A stretch of DNA of 64,000 nt from Basidiobolus meristosporus CBS 931.73. Taxonomy: Eukaryota; Fungi; Basidiobolomycota. Below are positions 25,201 to 37,766 of the stretch, one piece after another (the first letter of the stretch is position 1; the number at the start of each line of letters is the position of its first letter). The notes beneath the pieces were generated by a model. That model was given only the letters and a program-made list of their open reading frames with translations, searched no databases and was not told where the DNA came from. Both the position numbers and the translations under genes were made by a program. The stretch spans positions 1-64,000 of the forward strand of contig MCFE01000323.1 in NCBI GenBank assembly GCA_002104905.1, written 5' to 3'.

Positions 25201-25900
25201 CATGTAAAGATTGTAAAAAATATTTGTCCTCAGATTTCACAAGCAACATGGTCAAAACTTTTCAGCACAACTATACCGCTGTGAAAAATAATTGTGATGA
25301 TCCTGTCAAAAGGCAGCCACAGAATTTAAATCCCATGCCTTTGAGGTATTGATGCCATGCAGACACTGTGTAAAGAATGTTTCAGGAATTGCACCTCTGA
25401 CTTCACAAAATTTTTCAACAGAACAATTTATAAGTGGCTTTGGATTAGCTCTGTGGAAATTCTTTTACTTTATAATCTTGGACACACAACAGCCTCCTAT
25501 GAATGTGTACACTAATTGGATATTTCCCTTTTTCACACTCCTTACTTGATGACCCAGATAATGCTCTTACTATTTGCACCATAGTGTATTGCTACTGGCT
25601 TAGCATCCAACTCTTGCCCTATGAAATATTATTGAGATGATCCCATCAAAAGGCGGTCACAAAGTTAATGTCCCATGACTAAGAGGTACTGATTGTGTCA
25701 GGACACCATCCAGAGACCATTGAAAAATAATCACACCCCAGATTTCACAAAGAACTTTCTCAAAATTTTTCATCACAACAATGTATAAGTGGCTTTTGAT
25801 TGGTTCCCTGCCAATTTGCCCACTTTATGATCCTGGACACTCTATTGCCTCCTACATTTGTGTGAATTGATTGGCTATTGCCTCTTTTTCACACTCCTTA
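22260..25900. mobile_element. Degenerate CACTA/tnp2-like transposon fragments in both orientations, with a recurring ~120-bp motif block
   Basis: Minus-strand translation of 22480-22830 gives EMPEKIGKI / R*APNN / HWELY-like motifs matching the transposase at 40130-40330 and 60100-60450. 24770-25060 matches the transposase C-terminal region. Many stop codons. Confidence 0.6.
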
Positions 25901-26480
25901 CTTCCTGACTCAAGCATTTCTCTTACTTTTCATGCGCACAAATGATTTATTTCCATTGAAACTTCAGTTGTACCTCAATTGCCAATTGTATTAACCTATA
26001 TAAGTCTCTATACCCTACACCAACATTAAGCCCAACCCCACACTCAACAAGTAACTCCATTAAAATCCATCACTCAATATGTATTTCTGCTGTAATACTT
26101 TGGTTCCACAACTTTGGTGGGAACCCAACAGCTTTATGCCACTGTTCATTCACTGGTTCCCACACTTCCTGGTCTTCAGCTGGCACTGCAAGGTCTAGCT
26201 CCTCATCTGCCAGTCTTTGCAATAAATCCTTGCAATATTCCAGGGCATTTTCTTGAGCACTGCTCTTGAAGAAGTGCTACAACCTCTTGGTGTGCCTATT
26301 AATGTTGCAAAACTCCACTGAAGGCATTGTGGTAGTCTTTTGAGCTCTTGATGTTGTAGCCTTGTCTGTCAGTGGGATCTCCACTCTGTCAACAATGGAG
26401 GCTGTGGAGGCTGTGGTAGACAAATTGCCTTTTTCAGCAAACTCATCAACCTTGCAGGAGTGTAGCTCAACTGGCTGCAC

Positions 26481-27551
26481 TGTGGTGGTGTATAGGTCCA
26501 AGGGAGAGATACGTCCAACACTTCTCAAGTGTTTTGTGTGTGGAGTGTTCACTGGGTGCAATAACCTCTGGCAAAAGCTTGCTAGGAATACTTGGGTTCT
26601 GTCTCTAATCTAATGTGTAGGGGAATAAAGCCACAAGCTTGTCAAGGGAAAACTATTGAGCTAAAATCCCCAACTTAGTTGGCATCTTAACAAAAGTATG
26701 TGCTGGGCTCAGCGTCCTTTGAGATGACAATGTACTAAAGCTTCCAAAGTCAAAACAACTGTAAACTCCACCAGCAGGGACTTGATAAGAATGCAGCTGT
26801 GATCAATAGTTACAAAGACAGAAAAGTATCTTTGCCTGTACAAGAACAAACTTGGGAAAGAATCAAATATAATAAAAGATACCTACTCTGAGTATTCCTC
26901 ACAATTAGTGCCTCCAAGGTCAGTTGGCTGTCAGCACGGTTTCCTGGGAGTGTCCTGTGGTCTAGGATTGGAAGTTCAGGTAGCAGCAGGTAGCAGTGAT
27001 CACACTAATCAACAAGTTGGTATATTGATAAAAGGGATGATGATTTATTGTAGAGGGATAGCCTCCCTTATATACTTTTCTCACTGGCTAAGTGATTACT
27101 AATCATCGTGTTCCAGAAGGTTCCAGACATCAATAGAAATCTTAATGACATCAGAATGACCTAGGAATGTTCTAAGTAGGTGCTGGAAGGTTCTAAGAGG
27201 CACAGCACATCCAACCAATCAGGAATCAGTATTCTGAAACCTGTGTAACATGGGGATACCATATATGGTATGGAAATGCTAGGGATGGTGACACAGGTTG
27301 ATCATGTGTCACGGGTACTGGTGCAAGTAGTTGCCTAATATAGAAGCACTTATAGCTAGTAAACTTACATAAAGTGAGGGGTAACTTATACAATAAGGTA
27401 AGCAGGTGTGATAGTCAACCGGCTTATGGGATAGTTCTGATTGGGTAAGACAAATGGGATAAAACTAAAATACATGTAGTAGAGATATAGGGAAGTAGAA
27501 AATGAGGGAATGAGCACATCTGTCAGTGGGTGTCACTGTCACCCCACTACA
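26481..27551 (-). mobile_element. Solo LTR of the Ty3/Gypsy family at 40769-47943 (1071 bp; TSD GCAC)
   Basis: TGTGGTGG...CCCCACTACA termini, same length as the full element's LTRs, GCAC on both sides. Confidence 0.95.
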
Positions 27552-28223
27552 GCACCTCCAACTCTTGTGAAAGTAGCTGTTTTCTTACTGGTAATTCTTC
27601 TTGGCTATGATGAGATTTAGTCTGTTCCTGGCTTGCAGCGTTAATTGGTGAGAACTGCAGTTTTTTTTGCATGCCTCCCTGTCTCAGGCTTGGGTAGACA
27701 TTTTTCTCTTTACCTTTTCCGTTCTCACCGCCAGGTCTTTCACTGCTACTTTGTCTGAGTGCTTCTTGTAATGAGCTACGTTTTCTCCCGGATAAATTCT
27801 GCTCTGACGCATCTGTTTTGGCCTGCTTGTCCCTTGCTGGCACTCTTCTGGCAACCTGAAGTTTCTTTTCAGCTTGTTTTGAGCTCTCAACCGTAGTTGT
27901 GACAGGCTCCTGTAAAAGCGGCTGGTTTTTATCACTGCCAGGTCCTTTAATTGGCACTCTTCCAGCTGCCTGATGTCTCTTTGACCCTTGTCTGGAGCTT
28001 TTGGCCCTACTTGTAACAGGCTCTTGAAGAAATTGCTGGTTTTTAGCCATGGCACCCTTGTTCTTCTGCCTTTGATAGTTTCTGCTATTCTTAAGATACT
28101 TTCTCAGCATATCAATGCAGGCCCAAAATCTGTTTGCCCGTTTAAATCCAGGATAATGCTCATGGAACAAGTCAAGTGCATTCTGATTGGCCTTGAGTTC
28201 CTGATGGTCCCACGGTATGCCGG

Positions 28224-29744
28224 TGTGGTTGTGTAGAAGTACTCCTGGGAGAAGCTACACAACTCAAGGTGTGTGAGTTGTCTGATGGGTGCAATAACCT
28301 CTGGGTCCAAACTACAGGTGTCCTTGTCATTATGTCTCTATGGTAAAAGCTGCTGCTTCTCTAGCTCCTAGGTGCTCCAAGTGTCTCCAAAGGCCTCTGT
28401 GTGTCTTGTGCACTACCCTGAAAAGCTCCTTGATGGCAGGTCTGAGATGTACTGTTGAAGGCAGGTGCAGTATTCATCTGCTAATCAATAAGGGAGAAGT
28501 GTTACTGATAGAAAGGATGATTTATTGATGAGGGATTAGACTTGTTCTGTTGGATAGTGCCACATAGGGCCAGCCTGTTTATGGTGCCTGATTGATCTGG
28601 CACTCTACGGCACTATCTGGCACTATAATTTCTACCATGATGCCAGTGGTATGATACAGTTACTGGTAATTTTACTCAATCTTACTTATGTTGCTCAGAA
28701 TAGTGCTTTCCTTGCTTTATTTACTATTCATAATGCTCCAGACACATTTCTCTCAGTGGATGTCTTCTTGTATGAACATACTGCGCATTAATAAGTATCT
28801 AAACTATTTTACCTATTCTGCTGTATTCTCCTATATATGACTTTCCTCTGTATTTACCTACCAATATGCTGAATCTCTTCAGATACCCAAATGTATACTC
28901 TACCCTCACTCTGAAATGACTAAATATCTCATTGTAGAGCTTCTGCTTCCTGCCAAGCACACCATTCCTTGGCTTCCTATAAGCTGTAATACATCCTAAT
29001 CTCTGACAATCCTCTCCTATATAGGCTAAGTCTGCCATACATTTCTCCCCTCTACTGAATTCAGGATGATTCTTGATCATCTGTGCCAACCTCATTGTGT
29101 CAGATTGTGCCATAGTGTGCAAGATTGTCCTGCATAGTGCAAAATTGCTCAAGAACAATCCTGCCTTCTGGTAGCTATAATATTGCGCCCAATTGTTTTT
29201 TACAACCGCGGATTGCACCGCGTGCCCTGGCATGGTATGATGGAACAAGTCTATTGCTTTCCCTTAAATACTTTTCCTGATTGCCAAGTGATTACTAATG
29301 ACAAGGTTCTAGAAGATTCTGGGTATCAGTGGAATTCTTGATGACATCACTATGAGCTAAAAATATGCCAAGAATGTCCTGGAAGGTTCTAAAAGGAAGA
29401 GCACATTGAACTAATTAGGAATCAGTAGTCTGAAACATGTGCAATATAGAAATACCATATATGGTATTGCAATGGTAAAGATGGTAACACAGACCTAGGT
29501 CATGTGTCACAGGTACTGACATGTGTACTTGCCTTATGTAGATACATATACTGATCACAAAGCTGAATAACATCTAGGATAACTAATACTAATAACTAAT
29601 CAGGGTAAACATCATATGGGGATAATACTGATAATATGGGCAAAAGAAGAATGGAATAATACTGATAAGATAAAATATGGATAAGTATATCATAATCACT
29701 ATATGAATAAAATTGTCTGTGGGAGGTATGTTTACCCTACCACA
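28224..29744 (-). mobile_element. Older diverged solo LTR of a related subfamily (TSD CCGG), interrupted by a DNA transposon derivative at 28538-29252
   Basis: Begins TGTGGTTGTG and ends CCCTACCACA. Patchy identity to the 1071-bp LTR (GGGTGCAATAACCTCTGG; GATACCATATATGGTAT-like block; TCATGTGTCAC). CCGG at 28220-28223 and 29745-29748. Confidence 0.8.
28538..29252. mobile_element. Non-autonomous internal-deletion derivative of the Harbinger-superfamily (Pangu-like) element; TSD ATT
   Basis: Termini AGACTTGTTC..GAACAAGTCT; ATT at 28535-28537 and 29253-29255. Retains the transposase C-terminus fused directly to the right end. Confidence 0.92.
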
Positions 29745-29831
29745 CCGGCCTTAAGGTGATGGCATGCTAGACTTCTGACAGCCTCTTGTATATTAGCCCA
29801 CTCTTCATTATTGAACTCAAAGGCTTTACGG

Positions 29832-30902
29832 TGTGGTGGTGTATAAGTCCAAGGGAGAGATACGTCCAACACTTCTCAAGTGTTTTGTGTGTGGGGTGTT
29901 CACTGGGTGCAATAACCTCTGGCAAAAGCTTGCTAGGAATACTTGGGTTCTGTCTCTAATCTAATGTGAAGGGGAATAACGCCACAAGCTTGTCAAGGGA
30001 AAACTATTGAGCTACAATCCCCAACTTAGTTGGCATCTTAACAAAAGTATGTGCTGGGCTCAGCATCCTTTGAGATGACAATGTACTAAAGCTTCCAAAG
30101 TCAAAATAACTGTAAACTCCACCAGCAGGGACTTGATAAGAATGCAGCTGTGATCAATAGTTACAAAGACAGAAAAGTATCTTTGCCTGTACAAGAACAA
30201 ACTTGGGAAAGAATCAAATATAATAAAAGATACCTACTCTGAGTATTCCTCACAATTAGTGCCTCCAAGGTCAGTTGGCTGTCAGCACAGTTTCCTGGGA
30301 GTGTCCTGTGGTCTGGGGTTGGAAGTTCAGGTAGCAGCAGGCAGCAGTGATCACACTAATCAACAAGTTGGTATATTGATAAAAGGGATGATGATTTATT
30401 GTAGAGGGATAGCCTCCCTTATATACTTTTCTCACTGGCTAAGTGATTACTAATCATGGTGTTCCAGAAGGTTCCAAAGATCAATAGAAATCTTAATGAC
30501 ATCAGAATGACCTAAGAATGTTCTAAGTAGGTGCCGGAAGGTTCTAAGAGGCACAGCACATCCAACCAATCAGGAATCAGTATTCTGAAACCTGTGTAAC
30601 ATGGGGATACCATATATGGTATGGAAATGGTAGGGATGGTGACACGGGTTGATCATGTGTCATGGGTACTGGCGTGGGTACTTGCCTAATATAGAAGCAC
30701 TTGTAGCTAGTAATCTTACATAAAGTGAGGGGTAACTTATGCAATAAGGTAAGCCGGTGTGATAGTCAACCGGCTTATGGGATAGTACTGATTGGGTAAG
30801 ACAAATGGGATAAAACTAAAATGAGTGTAGTAGGGATATAGGGAAGTAGAAAATGAGGGAATGAGCACATCTGTCAGTGGGTGTCACTGTCACCCCACTA
30901 TA
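29832..30902 (-). mobile_element. Second solo LTR (1071 bp; TSD ACGG/ACAG)
   Basis: Same LTR sequence. The terminal ACA is mutated to ATA, and the two TSD copies differ by one CG>CA change. Confidence 0.93.
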
Positions 30903-33424
30903 ACAGATCTCAATGTCTTTTGATTTTAGGCTCTGGTATAAACACCACATTGTCTCCCTCCTACACTGTGATAGGTTTTTCTGTGGGCTTAATCTTTGGG
31001 CACTGTTGTTGTTCTTCAAAGACTGTATGGTGTTCCTCTGCTATTACATTGGGAAACGGCTCAGTTCTTGGCTGTGACATTGAGCAACTAGAGTTCCTTC
31101 TTTGCAGCAAAGATACTGCTTTCTCTACCTGGGATATTGATTGCTCTACATGTATTATCTGCTCATCCTGCTTCTGGACTACTTCTTGATTTCTCTGGGC
31201 CATTGCATCTATCCTATCAGCCACTGCACCTAATTGCTTCATTAATGCTTTGGTATGAGCTGACAACATACTTGCTAATATGGGTGGTGGTGATGTTATC
31301 ATGGCCACCTGCTGATCTTCAAGTGAGGGTACTGCATTTGCTACATTCTCATCTGCCTGAGCATAACAGTCAGCTTGTGGCTTCACAGAGGTTCTGAATT
31401 GCCTACTTGACTGAGAGCCTGAGGAGTCTGCATTATTACCTTCAATGGGCACACTGTCCACAGGGCCTTTTTTGGATGTAGCCCCACTTGTTGCACTGAA
31501 TGTCAAAGCAAGCTGTTGTCCAACCATTCTTCAGTTGCTGTCAGTGGTAGGGTTTGGTTGAGAGCCAGACAACTTTGCTTTATTTTTTCGCGGTATATAT
31601 ATGGAAGTCTGTCAAACCAAAGGGGAAATAGTGTTACATATACATGCGTATGTGGTGCCACAACTTTATTTATAATGCTTACTATGGCAGGTCATCATTG
31701 AATCTTACATTCATGTTGGTGCAATGTCTCAAATACAAGACTGTCTTAAGTTCACATGAGTATTGACCAAATGTGATATAATAGCATTACATTGTTGAAA
31801 GTCAAGCTGTTTGCCCCATGGACAAGACAACTTTGACTCAATGCTGTAAGAGAAGAGAAAAAAGACCATGTGGCTATTGTGGCAAGCCTCTCAGCCATGA
31901 AGCATGCAGACAGTATAGAAAGTATTACAGGGTTCATGGCCAGTGTTTTGCCACCCAAGTCATATTTGACCATTCATTGGTCACTATTGTACCAACATTA
32001 TCTTGCCGGCCAGTTAATACTTCTATATTGGCACCTGGCTCACTTTGTCACCTTGCACAAACTGAGTCAGGTGAGTTTGTGACACCTTCAGGCTCACCTC
32101 AGCCTTCTGAATATGGCACGCAGAGTGATAGCTCTGACAAAGAAGGTTCACTGATGGATTTTGATCCAATCTCCCCCAACAACAGTACCACATATGAGCC
32201 TGGTCAAATCCCTATATTCAATGAGACAACACCTGCTGAAACAAATGCCAAGGATACTTTATGGAGCCAAGTGAGCCCAGCAATTGATCTACTGGTGAAT
32301 GATGTAATGTTGTGGCAAGAGAAGTGGTGCATTTCCACTAATATCAGTAATGGGGGCTTTGGGGATTTATTACTACTTCTTGCCAAAATCATATGGGGAT
32401 GCAACTTACCATGTACATGGTACTAGTGGACAACTGTCATGTGGCTGGCAACATATGATTCAGAGGCTGTGCTGATTCCAGCATGTGTTAACAGTTGCAT
32501 GACATTCACATCTACAAATGCTACCATTGCAATGTGTCCAAATTGTCAGGAATCCACCACCATTGAGGGAAAACATTGCTCACACTCCGGATATATTCCG
32601 GTCATACCCCATCTGAGGAGGCTGATGCAGTCTGACAAATATTGCAAAGCTATAGAGTACCACACTCAGTATCAATCAAGCGTAAACATATCTGATATAT
32701 TTGATGGCAAACATTACAAACAGCTAAGAAGCAAGGGCTACTTTGAAGGTATGTATGACCATGCCTTTGCTTTAGCACTTGATGGATTCTCATTAAACAA
32801 GTACTCTACCAGCAAATCCTGCTGGCCACTGATTCTTGTCAGTCTGAATCTGCCGTCCATCTTATGGTATCAGTGCAATAATCTAATGGTAGTCTCACTG
32901 GTATCTGGGCATAAATCACTGTCTAACCTGGATAGCTACCTGTATCCATTGCTGGATAAATCTTGTATGCTTTCCAGCAGGATAACAGTAAATAGACTTG
33001 ATCCGTTGGATAGAGCCACATAGTGCCAACCTGTTTATGGTGCCGGATCATTCTGGCACTATCTGGTACTATAATTTCTACCATTATGCCAGTGGTAGGC
33101 TATAGTTACTGGTAATTTACTTAATTTTACTTATGTTGCTCAGAGTAGTGCTTTCCTTGCTTTATTTACTCTTCATAATGCTCCAGACACATTTCTCTCA
33201 GTGAATGTCTTCTTGCGTGAACATACTGTGCATTAATAAGTAGACTTGTTCCATTGGATAGTGCCACATAGTGCCAGCCGGTTTATAGTGCCGGATTGAT
33301 CTGACACTCTACGGCACTATCTGGCACTATAATTTCTACCATGATGCCAGTGGTATGATACAGTTACTGGTAATTTTACTCAATCTTACTTATGTTGCTC
33401 AGAATAGTGCTTTCCTTGCTTTAT

Positions 33425-34309
33425 TTACTCTTCATAATGCTCCAGACACATTTCTCTCAGTGGATTTCTTCTTGTCTGAACATACTGTGCATTGATAAGT
33501 ATCTTAACTATTTTACCTATTCTGCTGTTTTCTCCTATATATGACTTTCCTCTGTATTTACCTGCCAATATGCTGAATCTCTTCAGATATCCAAATGTGT
33601 GCTCTACCCTTACTCTGAAATGATTAAATATCTCATTGTAGAGCTTCTGCTTCCTGCCAAGCACACCATTCCTTGGCTTCCTATAAGCTGTAATACATCC
33701 TAATCTCTGACAATCCTCTCCTATATAGGCCAAGTCTGCCATACATTTCTCCCCTCTACTGAATTCAGGATGATTCTCTACCCAGAGTGCTTTGTCATGC
33801 CTACTTCCAGCAAATGGCCCACTAAACCAGATGATGTTACCCTCAATGTCAGACAGTGCTTGAAACTTCACACAGTGTGCCTTGTACTTGCCAGAATAAA
33901 AGTGCCTCTGCCCTCTAGAAGGTCTGTTAATCCTCACTGGGAAGGTATCCAAAATACTCCTGATATGGAACCTGTTGCTGAACACTCTGGGATATGGAAG
34001 TCTATTGGAGCTTCTGAACCTAGTATTCCAAGCTTGCTCTAAGTCATTCATACCCTCTGCAAGGTGGTTCTCCATTGCTGTCAGCTGGGAATGAAAGCTT
34101 CTAGGACTTTTGTTGCCATGGATGGTGGGATGAAACCTTGTAGGGCAATAGTTCTTGTAATAGCAGAGAAGCTTAACAAGGGATCTCCTTGAGTAGATTG
34201 GGGTTGATGGTCCACAGTACTTGGAATAGATCTCCTCCAGTGTGTCAAAAGGAAATCCAGTGGTAATGATGGGATTGATGAGAAAAGACCATTCAGATGA
34301 GTAAGTCAT
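33425..34309 (-). CDS. DDE transposase (DDE_Tnp_4 / IS5-PIF-Harbinger type), 294 aa, intact
   Basis: ILDTFPVRINRP, FYSGKYKAHCVKFQ, GSRHD, MADLAY and RVRVEHTFGYLKRF motifs; ATG..TAA with no interruption. Confidence 0.93.
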   Translation of the reverse strand: MTYSSEWSFLINPIITTGFPFDTLEEIYSKYCGPSTPIYSRRSLVKLLCYYKNYCPTRFHPTIHGNKSPRSFHSQLTAMENHLAEGMNDLEQAWNTRFRSSNRLPYPRVFSNRFHIRSILDTFPVRINRPSRGQRHFYSGKYKAHCVKFQALSDIEGNIIWFSGPFAGSRHDKALWVENHPEFSRGEKCMADLAYIGEDCQRLGCITAYRKPRNGVLGRKQKLYNEIFNHFRVRVEHTFGYLKRFSILAGKYRGKSYIGENSRIGKIVKILINAQYVQTRRNPLREMCLEHYEE

Positions 34310-34628
34310 ATTAAAATTGATGGATGATTGTATGGAGGCGGTTTGAATCGATTTGGCACGATCTGAGTTATTTATCTGATTTTTAACACATTATGGTTAA
34401 ATCTCCATCAATTGCCATGTATCCCATCATTATGTCGCAAAAATCATCCGCAAACAATGCCTTGGTACTTTTGTTGATGCTTTAATCATAGGTCTATAAT
34501 CAAATAGGAAATCTGCAATTGATGTGATCTGATCCGTGTCAACGCGATACAAAATGCATCATGCATAATATATGGAAAATTCAACAATCACTTTAGTTTT
34601 CATATATATTTCATAAAAGACCAGGTTG

Positions 34629-35899
34629 ATGCCAATATACAGCTGTATAAGTATCCAAATCCGTTGCTATGGTCCCCATACCAAGCCTCAACTCATCCTT
34701 AGTACAACCCAGACAAAACCCATCCCCAGCTCACAAGCGCGGTCCGGACCGGAAAAGTTGATGTTGGATCCGTTTGAGTTCTTGCCAAATGATTTTAGTA
34801 TGGCCCAAGTGTCTATGATGAGCCTTCATACAGATATTTGGGCACTACTGATTAATCTAGCAGAACTAGATACCTCAGAGAGTTGACAAAGATGGAAGAA
34901 TTTGAGTAGAAAGCTGTGGCATGAGTTCTACATCAAGATGCCAGCCGATGTATGTGAAAGATATATAACAAGACAAGTATTGAAATCAAGAATGAGCTGA
35001 GAGTGAGGGGATTTGACGAGGAAGCCGCGTGGGAACGATTTTGCACGCAATTTGCACAGTACGGGCCGGACGCGTCCGTTTGTGCCTCAACTTTGGGAAC
35101 CAAAGAGATTTTGAATGAGTTTTTGCCTCAAATGACTAATGTACTACGTGATATATTAGTAGAGCTAAGTGGCTTCCAAGAGCAATATACACAGGACTCA
35201 TCCAGGCAACAGCTCCAAAGTATCAGACAGAGGGTAAGTGAATACCTTGAGGAATCAGATGGTGAGCTCCAGGAGGAAGAATACAGACCGCGAGCAACAT
35301 CGTCCAGATTGCGCCAGCACACCTCGCTGGATTCCCTACCATCTCTTGCAACCACAGCGCGCCGGCGCACGTCAGTCCAGACCACGCCAACACCCTTTAC
35401 CAGAACGCCCTGCGTTGAGTCAACGCGCGCGCTTCAGAGCAAAACTACCAGAACTCGCCAAACTGCTCATTTAGACACAAGTCCATTGGAGCGGACCAAG
35501 TCACGTCAACATGCGGCATCACATCAAACTCAGCCAAGGGCCATCTCAACGCGTCAAGGCGCGCCTGCGCGTGCCGTTTTGCCTGACCATCAGCGATTTA
35601 CTTCTGGTGAACTGACTGATGATGACCAACATGAAGTGACTCAACCACCAGAGCCCTTGGCAAGTAAAAGAACGTGTCAGCGCGTGGCACTACAGGCCGG
35701 TTCAGTTGGTTCAGTTGGAGCGATTCAGCGTGGCCAAGCTGCAGCATTGCACTCATCAACTAGGAGGCAGAATACTGACTACAAATACACAAGTAGCCAA
35801 GATGATAGTCAGACAGGAAGTAGTATAGGTGTGCAAAGTGAGTCACTACCAAATGCTTCAGTAGTAATCCCTGTGAGAAAAAAACCCAGGAGAAGATGA
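34629..35899 (+). pseudogene. Accessory ORF of the inner element (unknown function; basic NLS-like end PVRKKPRRR), broken by a TGA at 34884 and a 1-nt deletion near 34958
   Basis: The outer copy (ORF 37807..38274) reads through both lesions, so the two copies together give one continuous ORF. Confidence 0.8.
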
Positions 35900-36642
35900 T
35901 GCGATCGCTTTGAATCGCTCACATTTGTAATGATCCCAACAACCCTTTTTTTTTGCAATCCGAATCGAGCCATCGCAAATCAGTGATCATCAAATTTTTG
36001 ATATAAGTAATATCAAGGTCATCTCACATTTGAGACAGAACCCCTATAAATAAACACCCTGCATATATATACGTCATCTGTAATACCAGTGCAGCTATTG
36101 GATCTGTTTCACACCTACACGATCGCTTGCGTGCTAGCTATGACACCTTGCCCAATCACTAGGATCAGGGATTTACTTGCTCAATGGGCAAAATGGGATA
36201 TTTGATGGCAAATCAGGTAGCTTTTTCAGCAGTCAATGAGCCAATTGGGGGCTGCCAGCTTCAGGATACTTTTGGACCAATTAACCACTGAGATACCGTC
36301 CAATTGGAGTGAGGGTAACCAAAATGGTAAGTATCAGTGTAGCTTATAGTGTGATACACATTTATTTCCAGTTACATTAAAGAAACATATCCAAATACCG
36401 GATTTTACCTGCCATTATAGCGCTATCCAATTGCGCACGTGATGCAAGCATTACAAGTTGGCGCAATCATCCGTGCCAACCTCATCGTGTCAGATTGTGC
36501 CATAGTGTGCGAGATCGTCCCGCATAGTGCGAAATCGTCCAAGAACAATCCTGCCTTCTGGTAGCTATTATATTGTGCCCGATTGTTTTTTGCAACCGCG
36601 GATCGCGCCGCGCGCCCTGGCACGGTACAATGGAACAAGTCT

Positions 36643-37454
36643 AGTATCTTAACTATTTTACCTATTCTGCTGCTTTCTCCTATATATGACCTTCCTCTGT
36701 ATTTACCTACCAATATGATGAATCTTTTCAGATATCCTAATGTATGCTCTACCCTCACTCTGAAATGATTAAATATCTCATTGTAGAGCTTCTGCTTCCT
36801 GCTAAGCACACCATTCCTTGGCTTCCTATAAGCTGTAATTTATCCTAATCTCTGACAATCCTCTCCTATATAAGCTAGGTCTGCCATACATTTCTCCCCT
36901 CCACTGAATTCTGGATGATTTGCTACCCAGAGTGCTTTGTCATGCCTACTTCCAGCAAATGGCCCACTAAACCAGATGATGTTACCCTCAATGTCAGACA
37001 GTGCTTGAAACTTCACACAGTGTGCCTTGTACTTGCCAGAATAAAAGTGCCTCTGCCCTCTAGAAGGTCTGTTAATCCTGACTGGGAAGGTATCCAAAAT
37101 ACTCCTTATATAGAACCTGTTGCTGAGCACTCTGGGATACAAAAGTTTATTGGAGCTTCTGAACCTAGTACTCCATGCTTGCTCTAAGTCATTCATACCC
37201 TCTGCAAGGTGGTTCTCTATTGCTGTCAGCTGAGAATGAAAGCTTTGAGGACTTTTGTTGCCATGGATGGTGGGATGAATCCTTGTAGGGCAATAGTTCT
37301 TGTAATAGCAGAGAAGCTTAACAAGGGATCTCCTTGAGTAGTTTGGGGTTGATGGTCCACAGTACTTGGAATAGATCTCCTCCAGTGTGTCAAAAGGAAA
37401 TCCAGTTGTAGTGACGGGATTAATGAGAAAAGACCATTCAGATGAGTGAGTCAT
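36643..37454 (-). pseudogene. Transposase of the outer copy (nonsense codon at 36840; C-terminus displaced to ~33120-33241 by the inner insertion)
   Basis: Near-identical protein to 33425..34309. Confidence 0.9.
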
Positions 37455-37766
37455 ATCAAAATTGGGAGGATTGCGCTGAGATTATTTGATTTGGCACAAT
37501 CAGCTTTATTTATCTGATTATCCATGCATTATGATTAAATATCCATCAATTGCCATGTATCCCATCATTATGTTGCAAAAGTCATCCTTATACAATCACT
37601 GGGTATTTTTATTGATGTTTTACTCACAAGTCTATAATCAAATAGGAAATCTGCAATTGATGTGATCTGATCTGTGTCAATGCAATCCAAGATGCATCAT
37701 ACATAATATATGGATAATTTAACAATCACATTAGTTTTCATATATGTTTAATATAAGACCAGGTTG

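Larger units (their letters stand above)
25940..31527 (-). pseudogene. Second (divergent) ORF of the CACTA-like element, split by three LTR insertions
   Basis: Removing 29832-30902, 28224-29744 and 26481-27551 (one TSD copy each) joins track ORFs 30961, 27547 and 26277 through ...SKDIEICKAFEFNNEEWANIQEAVRSLACHHLKAGIPWDHQELKANQNALDLFHEHYPGF... One frameshift near 30930. Homologous pieces at ~49200-49450, 57800-58560 and 61300-61940. Confidence 0.7.
33242..36642. mobile_element. Inner, younger copy of the same element (3401 bp), perfect 15-bp TIRs, TSD AGT, two divergent ORFs
   Basis: AGACTTGTTCCATTG (33242-33256) / CAATGGAACAAGTCT (36628-36642); AGT at 33239-33241 and 36643-36645. Confidence 0.96.

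Noticed and set aside
28560-28630. Short GGCACTAT/ATAGTGCC arrays that superficially resemble spaced repeats (also ~33020-33070, 33260-33330, 53660-53705)
   Set aside because: They are subterminal repeats of the DNA transposon, with no constant repeat-spacer period and no cas genes; not CRISPR.
36423-36809. 128-aa ORF resembling a transposase fusion
   Set aside because: Artefact of reading from the outer transposase into the right end of the nested inner copy.
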